A stretch of 64,000 nt of DNA from positions 17,086 to 81,085 of the IMG/VR virus record IMGVR_UViG_3300042562_001017; one strand, given 5' to 3'. Below, piece by piece: positions 1 through 8,107 of the stretch. Source of the DNA: a virus. The notes under the pieces were generated by a model. It was not told where the DNA came from. It ran no database searches and was given only the letters and a program-made list of their open reading frames with translations. The position numbers and the translations under genes are program-made. The first letter of the stretch is position 1, and each line of letters opens with the position of its first letter.

Positions 1-12
1 AGTTTTTCATAA

Positions 13-231
13 TTAAAAATTTATATGTTTATCATCTCTTAATGCTACAGTCCATCTTATTATAGTCATAACAAACATTCCTATTGTTATAAAAAATAAT
101 ATTATATAAACAAGAGTCAAATTTACATTAGATTGACAAAATGTTAATTTATACCAATCTAAAAATGGCATCATAAATAAAGGAAACACTATTAATGTTA
201 TAGTGTGAATAATTGCGATAATGTATTTCAT
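13..231 (-). CDS. small two-TM membrane protein, hypothetical
   Basis: 72-aa ORF with two hydrophobic stretches and an A-rich leader. Confidence 0.6.
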   Translation of the reverse strand: MKYIIAIIHTITLIVFPLFMMPFLDWYKLTFCQSNVNLTLVYIILFFITIGMFVMTIIRWTVALRDDKHINF

Positions 232-268
232 GTTTTTGTTTGTTAATTGTTTTTAATTGGTTTGTGTT

Positions 269-345
269 TAGCACCCTCTTTCTTATTTACCCCAACTAAT
301 CGTATAGATAGTTGCTTATGTTTAAGGATAAGAGTAGGGTTGCTA
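269..345 (-). ncRNA. putative multi-stem structured RNA
   Basis: Minus-strand nested helices ACCCU/AGGGU, UCUUAU/AUAAGA and CAACUA/UAGUUG, closed by UAGC/GCUA; intergenic. Confidence 0.4.
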
Positions 346-468
346 ACCCCTCTGCACTCAGTTGTAATAGATATATAAAAGCCGAGTTTTTACACAACAG
401 ATTTTTTACGTGTTCGTCTATTACAACTGCTCATCCTTGGGAAATGAGAATGGTGCATTAATTAAGCA
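341..468 (-). ncRNA. twister-like self-cleaving ribozyme (type P1, with long P5)
   Basis: Minus strand reads UGCUUAAU-UAA-UGCA-CC-AUU-CUCAU-UUCCCAAGG-AUGAG-[13-bp stem 359-371/417-429]-AG-UGCA-GA-GGG-GUUAGCA. P1, P2, P4, T1 (CCC/GGG) and T2 (CC/GG) can all form. Confidence 0.75.
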
Positions 469-469
469 G

Positions 470-489
470 TTTTACATCATGCTTAGGAT
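470..489. repeat. 20-bp direct repeat, copy 1 (TTTTACATCATGCTTAGGAT)
   Basis: Identical to 1208-1227. Confidence 0.9.
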
Positions 490-495
490 TAGGAG

Positions 496-699
496 TTATT
501 CTTCTAAAAAATCAATTTTAGTTGGTGTACCAGTTAATCTTTTGTAATGAACTTGAGCAACACTTGTTCTAGTTGCTTCTGCCATTGCTTTAACTGCTAG
601 TAATCCAGCTTTTAAATCTTCTGATTCAGCGTATTTTTCATGCGCTCTGTTTCCAATTTTAATTAGAGATTCTCTAACTTGTTTAATTTTAGTTGCCAT
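496..699 (-). CDS. hypothetical helical protein, partner of 707-1192
   Basis: 67-aa ORF, 7 nt downstream of the preceding gene. Confidence 0.7.
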   Translation of the reverse strand: MATKIKQVRESLIKIGNRAHEKYAESEDLKAGLLAVKAMAEATRTSVAQVHYKRLTGTPTKIDFLEE

Positions 700-706
700 T
701 TTTTAT

Positions 707-1192
707 TTATTTTATTGAATAAATTGAAATATTGTGAGTTTTAGCTAATTGTCTTTTAAATAATATAATATTTTTAAATTCTTGATGTAATTCAGGTGTT
801 ATATATTTAACTGGTATTTTTAATAAAGTAGATACATAAGATTTAGTTATATTAATTTTTATTTTTTTTTGGTCTTTTTGATGTCTATTTGTTTGACATT
901 TTAAACAAAGTTCATTTTTTGAAATTGTAATATTAGTATCACAATATTTACATTTAATATTGTTAAAATGTTCAATCAATAATTTTTTAATTTTAATTGT
1001 TTTATTTTTATTATTAATTCTAAGAATAACTTGTTTACAGTTTTTACTACTTTTACTTTCTTTAAGTATTTTATTTTTATAAATAATACTATAAACACCA
1101 TGAACTTTTAAATGTCTATAATGACTAATTACAACTCCATCTTCTCTAATAGAGTATTGTTGGTTAGTTCCTTCAATGAATTTAGTTTCCAT
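707..1192 (-). CDS. NUMOD4-like/zinc-finger protein related to homing endonucleases
   Basis: N-terminus KFIEGTNQQYSIREDGVV resembles NUMOD4; CKYC and CLKC cysteine pairs; no clear HNH catalytic motif. Confidence 0.55.
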   Translation of the reverse strand: METKFIEGTNQQYSIREDGVVISHYRHLKVHGVYSIIYKNKILKESKSSKNCKQVILRINNKNKTIKIKKLLIEHFNNIKCKYCDTNITISKNELCLKCQTNRHQKDQKKIKINITKSYVSTLLKIPVKYITPELHQEFKNIILFKRQLAKTHNISIYSIK

Positions 1193-1207
1193 AATTTTAA
1201 AAAGCCT

Positions 1208-1227
1208 TTTTACATCATGCTTAGGAT
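1208..1227. repeat. 20-bp direct repeat, copy 2
   Basis: Identical to 470-489. Confidence 0.9.
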
Positions 1228-1233
1228 GTTGTT

Positions 1234-1356
1234 TTACATGAGATACGTAATTTTGTTTTCTTTCTTAGTTTTATCAGCTTTGTTGTTTGATTCAACATAG
1301 TTGCAAAACATACTAGTTAAGATAGCTATGCAGGTTAAGGTTAGTAGTGATGTCAT
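1234..1356 (-). CDS. small hypothetical protein (40 aa, N-terminal hydrophobic segment)
   Basis: MTSLLTLTCIAILTSMFCNYVE...; ATGA overlap with the upstream ORF; below the ORF-track cutoff. Confidence 0.5.
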   Translation of the reverse strand: MTSLLTLTCIAILTSMFCNYVESNNKADKTKKENKITYLM

Positions 1357-1529
1357 TTTTTATTATTTTCTTGAATGAATAAAAATATACTAGTTGTCAT
1401 ACATAATATTGAACCAAATGAGAAGAACAATAGACTTTGATTGTCTATGTTGTCAATAAATGGAGTAATTATGAGCATTAATGTGCTAATAATTGCCATG
1501 ATGAAGAATAAATCTGCTTTGTTTTTCAT
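1353..1529 (-). CDS. small two-TM membrane protein (58 aa)
   Basis: MKNKADLFFIMAIISTLMLIITPF...; its stop overlaps the next start; below the ORF-track cutoff. Confidence 0.55.
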   Translation of the reverse strand: MKNKADLFFIMAIISTLMLIITPFIDNIDNQSLLFFSFGSILCMTTSIFLFIQENNKK

Positions 1530-1803
1530 GATGTTAATGTTTTGTTGGAAATGTGTGGTTTATGTGAGGTAATTGTAGTGGGAAGTGTTATATAAATATA
1601 GCGTAGTTATATGTTGATACTTGGGGAAACAACCTAAAAGTAGGCTTGGTTGTCTCCCAATCAAATATCTAGTGTACACTTCACACAGTATCAGTTAGTT
1701 AAGTCACATGACTTGAAGGGTTACTTTAAGTAAATATGCTTATAAAGTATTGATTATCAGTTAATGATTATCAGGTAATTATGTATAATGACAAGGGTAT
1801 GCT

Positions 1804-1826
1804 AAAATAAAGAGCCCGAAGGCTCT
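1804..1826 (-). terminator. intrinsic terminator with UUCG tetraloop
   Basis: Minus strand AGAGCC-TTCG-GGCTCT-TTATTTT right after the 1831-2127 stop. Confidence 0.85.
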
Positions 1827-1830
1827 ATTA

Positions 1831-2127
1831 TTAAAATCCGAAATCATCGGCAGTAGCTGTTTCAGCACCAACCAAATGGCTCATAGCAATGATAACTCCG
1901 TCTGCTGTCTTAGTAGCAGTAGTAAGGTATTCGTTACCTACTACCATTCCGTAAGCGAAGTTATTATCATAGACGATAGCTTGTCTAGTGATTAACTCAC
2001 CATTAATGTTTGGAAATTCAACGCTTGCGTTACGAAACATTGTACCGTTAACGTTAGGCTTAGCATTAGCACTAATGCTAATTAATTTTGCAACGAATTG
2101 CTTTTGTGTGTCGTTTAAAGTTTTCAT
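1831..2127 (-). CDS. hypothetical early protein (possibly OB-fold-like, acidic/aromatic C-terminus DDFGF)
   Basis: 98-aa ORF with its own terminator; first gene of the leftward unit. Confidence 0.75.
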   Translation of the reverse strand: MKTLNDTQKQFVAKLISISANAKPNVNGTMFRNASVEFPNINGELITRQAIVYDNNFAYGMVVGNEYLTTATKTADGVIIAMSHLVGAETATADDFGF

Positions 2128-2523
2128 ATGTGTGATAGCGGGGTTAATAGTTCCGCAAAACTGACGGGGGTGTTAATTGTTACCTGCAACACGCTCTCAT
2201 ACCCTTACCAATTTTTTTATATAGTTTTTAGGTAGGGGGATATGGAAATAAAACCTATTTTATATTCAATTTTTAACAAGTCGAAAAAAAAATTAAAAAA
2301 AAATTTTACAAAATATAACCTCTTGACTTTACATATTATTAAAAGAGTTTAATTTTTGCAACATTGCGCTATGTTCTAAGAACATAAAGCGGCCTTAATA
2401 TACTTAAGAAGGGAATAGCTGGAAACCCTTGGTACTGCTACATACCCAGTTCATGATTTATGAACTCGTAGTTTTCATTTCAGTTACTTTTTAAATAAAA
2501 TGAACTAAAAAATAAATAAAGTA

Positions 2524-2555
2524 CTTGTTTTATATATAATAATGATATAATTTTG
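2524..2555 (+). promoter_or_regulatory. Bacteroidota sigma70-type promoter
   Basis: cTTG (2524-2527), 20-nt spacer, TAATTTTG (2548-2555). Confidence 0.65.
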
Positions 2556-2571
2556 AACCAGTAACTGAAAT

Positions 2572-3033
2572 ATGAACAAGAAATTAAATGATTTTGAATC
2601 TTATAGTGAGAATCCTTCTAAAGTATTAAAAGAAGATATTAAGACTTTGCATTATATTAGTAAAGGTAAGGTAGTTTACTTTGTAGATGAGAATGGGGAG
2701 CAAAAGCAATATCAAGAATTAGGAGAAGAGGTACATAAAACTATAGATACTAAAGAGTATAGGAAGGTATTTGTTGAAGATTTACAAAATCTTAAAGATT
2801 TATCTACTGCTGGACTTAAGGTGTTATGTTATGTATTAAAAAACTTAGGTGTTAAAAGAGATGAGGTAAATATTGATATTATTGAGTGTATGACTTTTAC
2901 AGGTTATAAGAGTAAAGTTAATATTTATATAGGTATAGTAGAGTTATTAGATAAAAAATTAATTTTTAGAAAAGTAGGTTCAGGTAATTATTTTATTAAT
3001 GTAAATTCTTATTATAATGGTAGCAGACAATAA
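2572..3033 (+). CDS. RepL-like winged-HTH replication/regulatory protein
   Basis: Pattern LSTAGLKVLCYVL...YKSKVNIYIGIVELLDKKLI...YFINVNSYYNG. Confidence 0.7.
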   Translation: MNKKLNDFESYSENPSKVLKEDIKTLHYISKGKVVYFVDENGEQKQYQELGEEVHKTIDTKEYRKVFVEDLQNLKDLSTAGLKVLCYVLKNLGVKRDEVNIDIIECMTFTGYKSKVNIYIGIVELLDKKLIFRKVGSGNYFINVNSYYNGSRQ

Positions 3034-3367
3034 CTTAGAAATTGTAGATGGAAAAGTAATAAATACTCTTACTGGAGAAATAGTTAGTGATTACTCTTAT
3101 TATATAGATGCAGATGGAATCATTACATATAGAAATAAAAGAAAGTATGTTAGGAATCATGATGTTAATATAGAAAAGTTTATTGTTAAAGAGTATAATA
3201 AAATTGTAGAACATGGTCATAAGAAAGGAGCTTTATATTTTAGAACTTTAGATTATGTTAAAGGTACTGGTAATCATATGACTAAAAGAATATTAGAAAA
3301 AATAGCTAATCTTTGTGAGTATAATGAGTATTGGGTAAAGTATAAATGTGAGGAATTCGGAATCTAA
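3017..3367 (+). CDS. hypothetical protein
   Basis: 116-aa ORF overlapping the upstream stop. Confidence 0.65.
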   Translation: MVADNNLEIVDGKVINTLTGEIVSDYSYYIDADGIITYRNKRKYVRNHDVNIEKFIVKEYNKIVEHGHKKGALYFRTLDYVKGTGNHMTKRILEKIANLCEYNEYWVKYKCEEFGI

Positions 3368-3463
3368 TATGGAAGAGATTCTCAAATTAGCATCATTATT
3401 ACTTTTAGAAGAAGTAGAATACGAAATAGTAATTGGAGAAGATAATATAAGTATAGAAATAAA

Positions 3464-3640
3464 ATGAAAAAAGATTTACAAGATTGGTTTTTAAGCCAAA
3501 GATGGTTATGGAGAAAGTTTTATAATCATTATGACAACAGATGGACATACGAACATTTGATTATTAGAGGTTGTGTTATTAAATGTAATGACCCAGACTT
3601 AACAATAGAACAGATTAAAGAATTCATGTATATAAAATAA
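3464..3640 (+). CDS. small hypothetical protein (58 aa)
   Basis: MKKDLQDWFLSQRWLWRK...; fills the gap before the GroES-like gene. Confidence 0.55.
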   Translation: MKKDLQDWFLSQRWLWRKFYNHYDNRWTYEHLIIRGCVIKCNDPDLTIEQIKEFMYIK

Positions 3641-3647
3641 AACAAAA

Positions 3648-4040
3648 ATGAAAGAAGTAAAAGGAAAATTAGGAGTAGCATCAGATGGTACACTAATCGA
3701 AACGAATCAGCTAGACATTACAAAGATTGATAAACTAGCTAAGTTAAATGGAAAAGTTACTGAAGGACGTATTGTACTTCAACCACTTCCTCAAAAAGAA
3801 AAAACTATTGGAGGTATTATATTACCAACAGTATTAGGAGAGTTTAGATGTGCAGTAATTCTTTCACATTCTAGTTCTGAATATCTTAGAGGAGATGTAG
3901 TAGCACTTAAGTTAAGTGATTTTCCTGGAGGAATGCCTCCTCAAGTTGATTTCTTAGAAGGAAATCCTTGTGTAATTCTTTTTGAATCTTTTATATGGTA
4001 TAAGTATGCTTATAGAATCGAAGATGAGCAAGCAGTATAG
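3648..4040 (+). CDS. groES: GroES/Cpn10-like co-chaperonin
   Basis: RIVLQPLPQKEKTIGGIILP matches the GroES mobile-loop signature. Confidence 0.7.
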   Translation: MKEVKGKLGVASDGTLIETNQLDITKIDKLAKLNGKVTEGRIVLQPLPQKEKTIGGIILPTVLGEFRCAVILSHSSSEYLRGDVVALKLSDFPGGMPPQVDFLEGNPCVILFESFIWYKYAYRIEDEQAV

Positions 4041-4206
4041 AGATAAAGCATTAGAAGAAGGTCTAGCTATTGAAGTTAGACCTAACTTCTTAATGTTTAA
4101 TGTCTTAGATAATGCTAGATTATCTTTTGAAACATATGAAGAATATAAATTCAGACAAAAAGTTACTAAAAGAACAAGCAAAAAGTATTTAAATCCTAAA
4201 AATTAA
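4024..4206 (+). CDS. hypothetical protein
   Basis: Track ORF 3982-4206; ATG at 4024 is the more likely start. Confidence 0.55.
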   Translation: MSKQYRDKALEEGLAIEVRPNFLMFNVLDNARLSFETYEEYKFRQKVTKRTSKKYLNPKN

Positions 4207-4208
4207 AT

Positions 4209-4216
4209 TATCTTTG
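4209..4216 (+). promoter_or_regulatory. Bacteroidota -7 box TATCTTTG
   Basis: Matches TAnnTTTG; 5 nt before ATG 4222. Confidence 0.6.
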
Positions 4217-4221
4217 TCAAC

Positions 4222-4848
4222 ATGAATGAATTGTTTACAGTTAATTATGCGTTATTTTATGAAGGTTGGAAATATGCTAAAAACATAGCTCCTTATAATG
4301 TATATCAACTTGACCAATTTATTATTAGAGTTAGAAGAAATGATTTTTATTTAGTTTTATTTATTTATAATGGATGTCAAGAGTTAGTTTTTTGTGGTAG
4401 AATATATACTATTCGTGATTACAAAATGAAAATTAAAAGACATTTAAATAAATGGAAATGTAAACTAACTACTACTGTAACTCCTACTCCTCCTACTCAA
4501 GGATTAGTTATAAGTAATAATGATTATACTAATAGTTTTTTATTAGGAAGTACAGTTAATGACTTGGTTACTAATACTTTTAATGAAGATTTTACTTTTA
4601 TTAGTAATATTAGTATTAGCGGATTAACTTTAGTTAAGTCTGGTACTGAAATAAGAATTAGTGGAACACCTGATACACTTGAAATTTATAACCAAACTGT
4701 TTTAGTACAAGGAAACATAACAGGAGTCATATTAAGTATAGCAATTAATGTAACTGTTTATGAATTAAATCCTGAATCTTATATTTTACTAGAAGATGGT
4801 AATAAAATACTTTTAGAAGACAATGTTAACTTTATAATAATAGAATAA
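4222..4848 (+). CDS. putative virion protein (Ig-like region, C-terminal LLEDG motif)
   Basis: T/P-rich linker, beta-rich domain, YILLEDGNKILLED tail. Confidence 0.6.
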   Translation: MNELFTVNYALFYEGWKYAKNIAPYNVYQLDQFIIRVRRNDFYLVLFIYNGCQELVFCGRIYTIRDYKMKIKRHLNKWKCKLTTTVTPTPPTQGLVISNNDYTNSFLLGSTVNDLVTNTFNEDFTFISNISISGLTLVKSGTEIRISGTPDTLEIYNQTVLVQGNITGVILSIAINVTVYELNPESYILLEDGNKILLEDNVNFIIIE

Positions 4849-4849
4849 A

Positions 4850-5464
4850 ATGTCAAATCAAAAAATATCACAAATGACTTATAAGCAGTTAGCTGTTGAT
4901 GATGAATTTCCAACAGTTAACTCAGGTAGTATATTTAACACTAAAGCTTTAGGTGGAGATATTCCTTTATTAATAGGAATACTTCAATGGGATGCTAGTG
5001 CAATATATACTGCAGGACAAATAGTTATATATAATGGTGCAGAAGTAAAAGGAATATTTTTAGTTACTAGTACTACTTCTGCTGGTGATGCACCAGACGG
5101 TGCAGGTTATTCAAAATTTACTAGTTTAAGTTTAGTATTTATGCCATCAAATATTCATTTAAGTGGAATATGGAATATAGGTAAACAAAGAACAGGAAGG
5201 TTAGTTTTTAGTAATGGTATAGTATGTACAGGTACATCATCTGACCCAAGCATACATTTATTTCAAGTAACTAATGATTTTCTTAACGCTTTTCTTTTAA
5301 ATTGTAAATTCAATTTTAATATAGGAGCTACTGGACAATCTCCTACTATAGAACTTAGAAATGTAGTTGTTACAAATGATTCTATTCAAATTGTAGTAGC
5401 CGTTTACGCAACGAGTAGTACTGTATTAAACAATAGATATATTGATTTTGAAATAATGGGATAA
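4850..5464 (+). CDS. putative head/tail fibre-type protein
   Basis: MSNQKISQM start and WDASAIYTAGQIVIYNG carbohydrate-binding-like segment. Confidence 0.55.
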   Translation: MSNQKISQMTYKQLAVDDEFPTVNSGSIFNTKALGGDIPLLIGILQWDASAIYTAGQIVIYNGAEVKGIFLVTSTTSAGDAPDGAGYSKFTSLSLVFMPSNIHLSGIWNIGKQRTGRLVFSNGIVCTGTSSDPSIHLFQVTNDFLNAFLLNCKFNFNIGATGQSPTIELRNVVVTNDSIQIVVAVYATSSTVLNNRYIDFEIMG

Positions 5465-5736
5465 TGAATGAATTTTTAAAACCTAAAATTAAAGAGTTAG
5501 CTTTAAAATATAAACTAACTCAAAGTCAAGTGATTGACATATTTTATTCTCAATTTAAACATGCAGCTAAAGTAATATCAGAAGATTCATTTAAAGACCC
5601 TAACGAAAGAAGAAGTGTTAAGTTTAAAGGACTTGGCACTTTTGAATATAAAAAATATAAAGCTATTAGATTAACAAAAATTAAACAAGAACAAGATGCA
5701 AGAAAGAACATGGTTGAAACCGCTTCCGAAGATTGA
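5464..5736 (+). CDS. HU/IHF-like DNA-binding protein
   Basis: SVKFKGLGTFEYK motif, basic 90 aa. Confidence 0.7.
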   Translation: MNEFLKPKIKELALKYKLTQSQVIDIFYSQFKHAAKVISEDSFKDPNERRSVKFKGLGTFEYKKYKAIRLTKIKQEQDARKNMVETASED

Positions 5737-5914
5737 CAAAGAATTAGAATTAATTAAAATTTGTGTAGATACATTGCAAACATGTGCTGTACTACCTCAG
5801 TCTCCTGCCACTAAAAACATTCAGTTAAGTGCAGAAAATATCCTAATGAGATATTTACAACAATTAGATATCTTAACTAGACCTAATGAAACTTCTTTAA
5901 AAACAACATTATGA
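5696..5914 (+). CDS. hypothetical protein
   Basis: 72-aa ORF with overlapping start/stop coupling. Confidence 0.55.
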   Translation: MQERTWLKPLPKIDKELELIKICVDTLQTCAVLPQSPATKNIQLSAENILMRYLQQLDILTRPNETSLKTTL

Positions 5915-6930
5915 TAAACAAAGAAATTATTACTAGCGTGTTAGATTTACATAATCTTAACGTTGATGCTAGTTATAGTGAAATAGCTGATGAATTAGTT
6001 AAAGTTTTTCCTATTTCTCACAGAACAGCTAGAAGGTATGCTTCTATTATTATTAATAGTAATAATCCTACTCCTGAAGAAGTAACAATGCCTGAAATGA
6101 TTACTGATAAAAAGGTAGGAGTTTTTAATTGGAGAGATGCAGTAGAGCATGTTCAAAAAGGACAGTCTTTATTTAGTCAAGCTAAAAGTAGTCAAGATAA
6201 AGCTACAGTTAAAATAGTTACAGATGAACCTATTTATATACTTGCTTTAGGTGATGCTCACTTTGGTAGTTGGGGTACTGATTACGAAGTGCTTAAAAAA
6301 GTAACTGATGAAATTCTTAATACACCTAATTTGTATGTAATTCTTTTAGGAGATTTATTACAAATGTCTATTAAGTTAAGAGGAGTACTAGAAGTAGCAG
6401 ATAATGCTCTTCCTCCTAAATATCAAATGTTATTGTTAGACAGTTGGTTACAAGAAATATCTCATAAAGTTATTTGTTCTACTTGGGACAACCATGCAGT
6501 AATGAGAGAAGAAAATGTAACTGGTTATTCTAAATACGCTGAGATATTTGAAAGACATCATGTTTATTTTAATGGTATTGGTCATTTAGATTTACAAGTA
6601 GGAGAACAGATTTACAAAATAGCTGTATCTCATTTCTTTAGAGGTTATTCTTTAGAAAATCCTTGTCATGGTGGAATGAGATATATGAGAAGAATGGCTC
6701 AAGATAGAGAAATAGCAATGGCTGGAGATTCTCATAATCCTGGAGTTATTAAATATATTGATGGAGATAGAGTAAGATGTGTTGTAAATAGTGGAACTGC
6801 TCAAACAAATAGTGGTTATGCTAAAAGATTCTTTTCTCTTCATACTTCATCAGCATTTCCAGTTATTAAATTGGACCCTAAAACTCATGAATTTACACCT
6901 TATTGGAATTTAAACGAAGCAACAAAATGA
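5911..6930 (+). CDS. calcineurin-like metallophosphoesterase with N-terminal HTH-like region
   Basis: GDAHFG, LGDLL, DNHA, SH and GDSH motifs. Confidence 0.85.
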   Translation: MINKEIITSVLDLHNLNVDASYSEIADELVKVFPISHRTARRYASIIINSNNPTPEEVTMPEMITDKKVGVFNWRDAVEHVQKGQSLFSQAKSSQDKATVKIVTDEPIYILALGDAHFGSWGTDYEVLKKVTDEILNTPNLYVILLGDLLQMSIKLRGVLEVADNALPPKYQMLLLDSWLQEISHKVICSTWDNHAVMREENVTGYSKYAEIFERHHVYFNGIGHLDLQVGEQIYKIAVSHFFRGYSLENPCHGGMRYMRRMAQDREIAMAGDSHNPGVIKYIDGDRVRCVVNSGTAQTNSGYAKRFFSLHTSSAFPVIKLDPKTHEFTPYWNLNEATK

Positions 6931-7190
6931 AAATTATAGAATTTGAAGTATTAGTAAAATTAGTAAACGATGGTCATATTGACTATAGTAGTTTAGGTAT
7001 TGCTCCACCAGTAGAAGATGAAGAAGAACTGTTTTCTGAAAAAAGATGGTACAATTCTAAATGGTTAGAAGCTGAAATAGAGTGTGTTGCTGAAAACAAA
7101 GAAAACACTATATTGAATTTATACGATGGTCGTTGTATATTTGTACAAGAACCAATCAATATAGTTCTATCTAAACTTCATGATACCTAA
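6927..7190 (+). CDS. hypothetical protein
   Basis: Track ORF 6903-7190; ATGA-coupled start at 6927. Confidence 0.65.
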   Translation: MKIIEFEVLVKLVNDGHIDYSSLGIAPPVEDEEELFSEKRWYNSKWLEAEIECVAENKENTILNLYDGRCIFVQEPINIVLSKLHDT

Positions 7191-7524
7191 AGAATTCCAA
7201 ATATTAAATCATACTATTAATGTTGTTATTGATAATGAATACTGCCAAAAAAACGATTGTTTTGGACAATATCTTTATAAAGACAACAAAATAGTATTAG
7301 CTGACAAATATAAAAAAAGAAAAAATTGGATAAGTTATAAAAAAGAAACAATAGAACATGTGTTTTATCATGAATTAGTACATTGTATTCTTTATTATAT
7401 GAATAGTGATTTATGGTTAGACGAAAAGTTTGTAGACCAGTTTTCTGGTTTGCTTGCTCAAACAATGAAAAAAGATGAAAGTATTGAAATTAACAGAAGA
7501 ATTGAATCTAGAGATTCAAAGTGA
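7180..7524 (+). CDS. small zincin-like metallopeptidase
   Basis: HVFYHELVHCIL (HExxH) plus downstream E in DEKFV. Confidence 0.75.
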   Translation: MIPKEFQILNHTINVVIDNEYCQKNDCFGQYLYKDNKIVLADKYKKRKNWISYKKETIEHVFYHELVHCILYYMNSDLWLDEKFVDQFSGLLAQTMKKDESIEINRRIESRDSK

Positions 7525-8107
7525 ACTATTTGAAATAGAAGATTTTAAAACGCTAATTAAAAGAGTCAAGATTGGAAAAGGCGATAATGATGGTAGAAGA
7601 AAACTTATAGCTAAAAAAGAAATAGCTTATGTTTACCATATGGCTGACCCTAACTCTAGGTATTATAATTATGGTGAATCTGAAAGAAAAACTAAATTAA
7701 AAAGTGATATTTTTAATGAAGTAGATGAAGATTGGGAACCAGATGAAGCAGTTGAAATAGCTATATTAAAATATAGAGAGTTAATCAAAACTCCTTCACT
7801 TAGAACTGTAGACAGTATGTTAAATTCACTTCATGAATCTGAAGAAATTATTATTGAAATAACTAAACAGCTAAAGCAAGATTTAAAAGACGGTAAACAC
7901 AAAAGTGGTATAAATAATAAGAGAGGTCAAATCGTATCAGGAACAGAGTTAATGTTGAACGATTTGACTGCTCTCTTAAAAGTTAGTAAAGAAATTCCTA
8001 ATCATATAGAAGTATTAGAAAGATTACAAAAGAAATTACAAGAAGAAAACAAAACTCAAGCAGCTAAGGTTAGAGGAAATTTACAAATTAGTGAGAGGGA
8101 AAGATAA
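7475..8107 (+). CDS. putative terminase small subunit / conserved crAss-like protein
   Basis: Helical 210-aa ORF coupled directly to terL. Confidence 0.5.
   Translation: MKVLKLTEELNLEIQSELFEIEDFKTLIKRVKIGKGDNDGRRKLIAKKEIAYVYHMADPNSRYYNYGESERKTKLKSDIFNEVDEDWEPDEAVEIAILKYRELIKTPSLRTVDSMLNSLHESEEIIIEITKQLKQDLKDGKHKSGINNKRGQIVSGTELMLNDLTALLKVSKEIPNHIEVLERLQKKLQEENKTQAAKVRGNLQISERER

Noticed and set aside
470-1227. CRISPR mini-array from the 20-bp repeats
   Set aside because: Only two copies, about 740 bp apart, enclosing two genes rather than a spacer.
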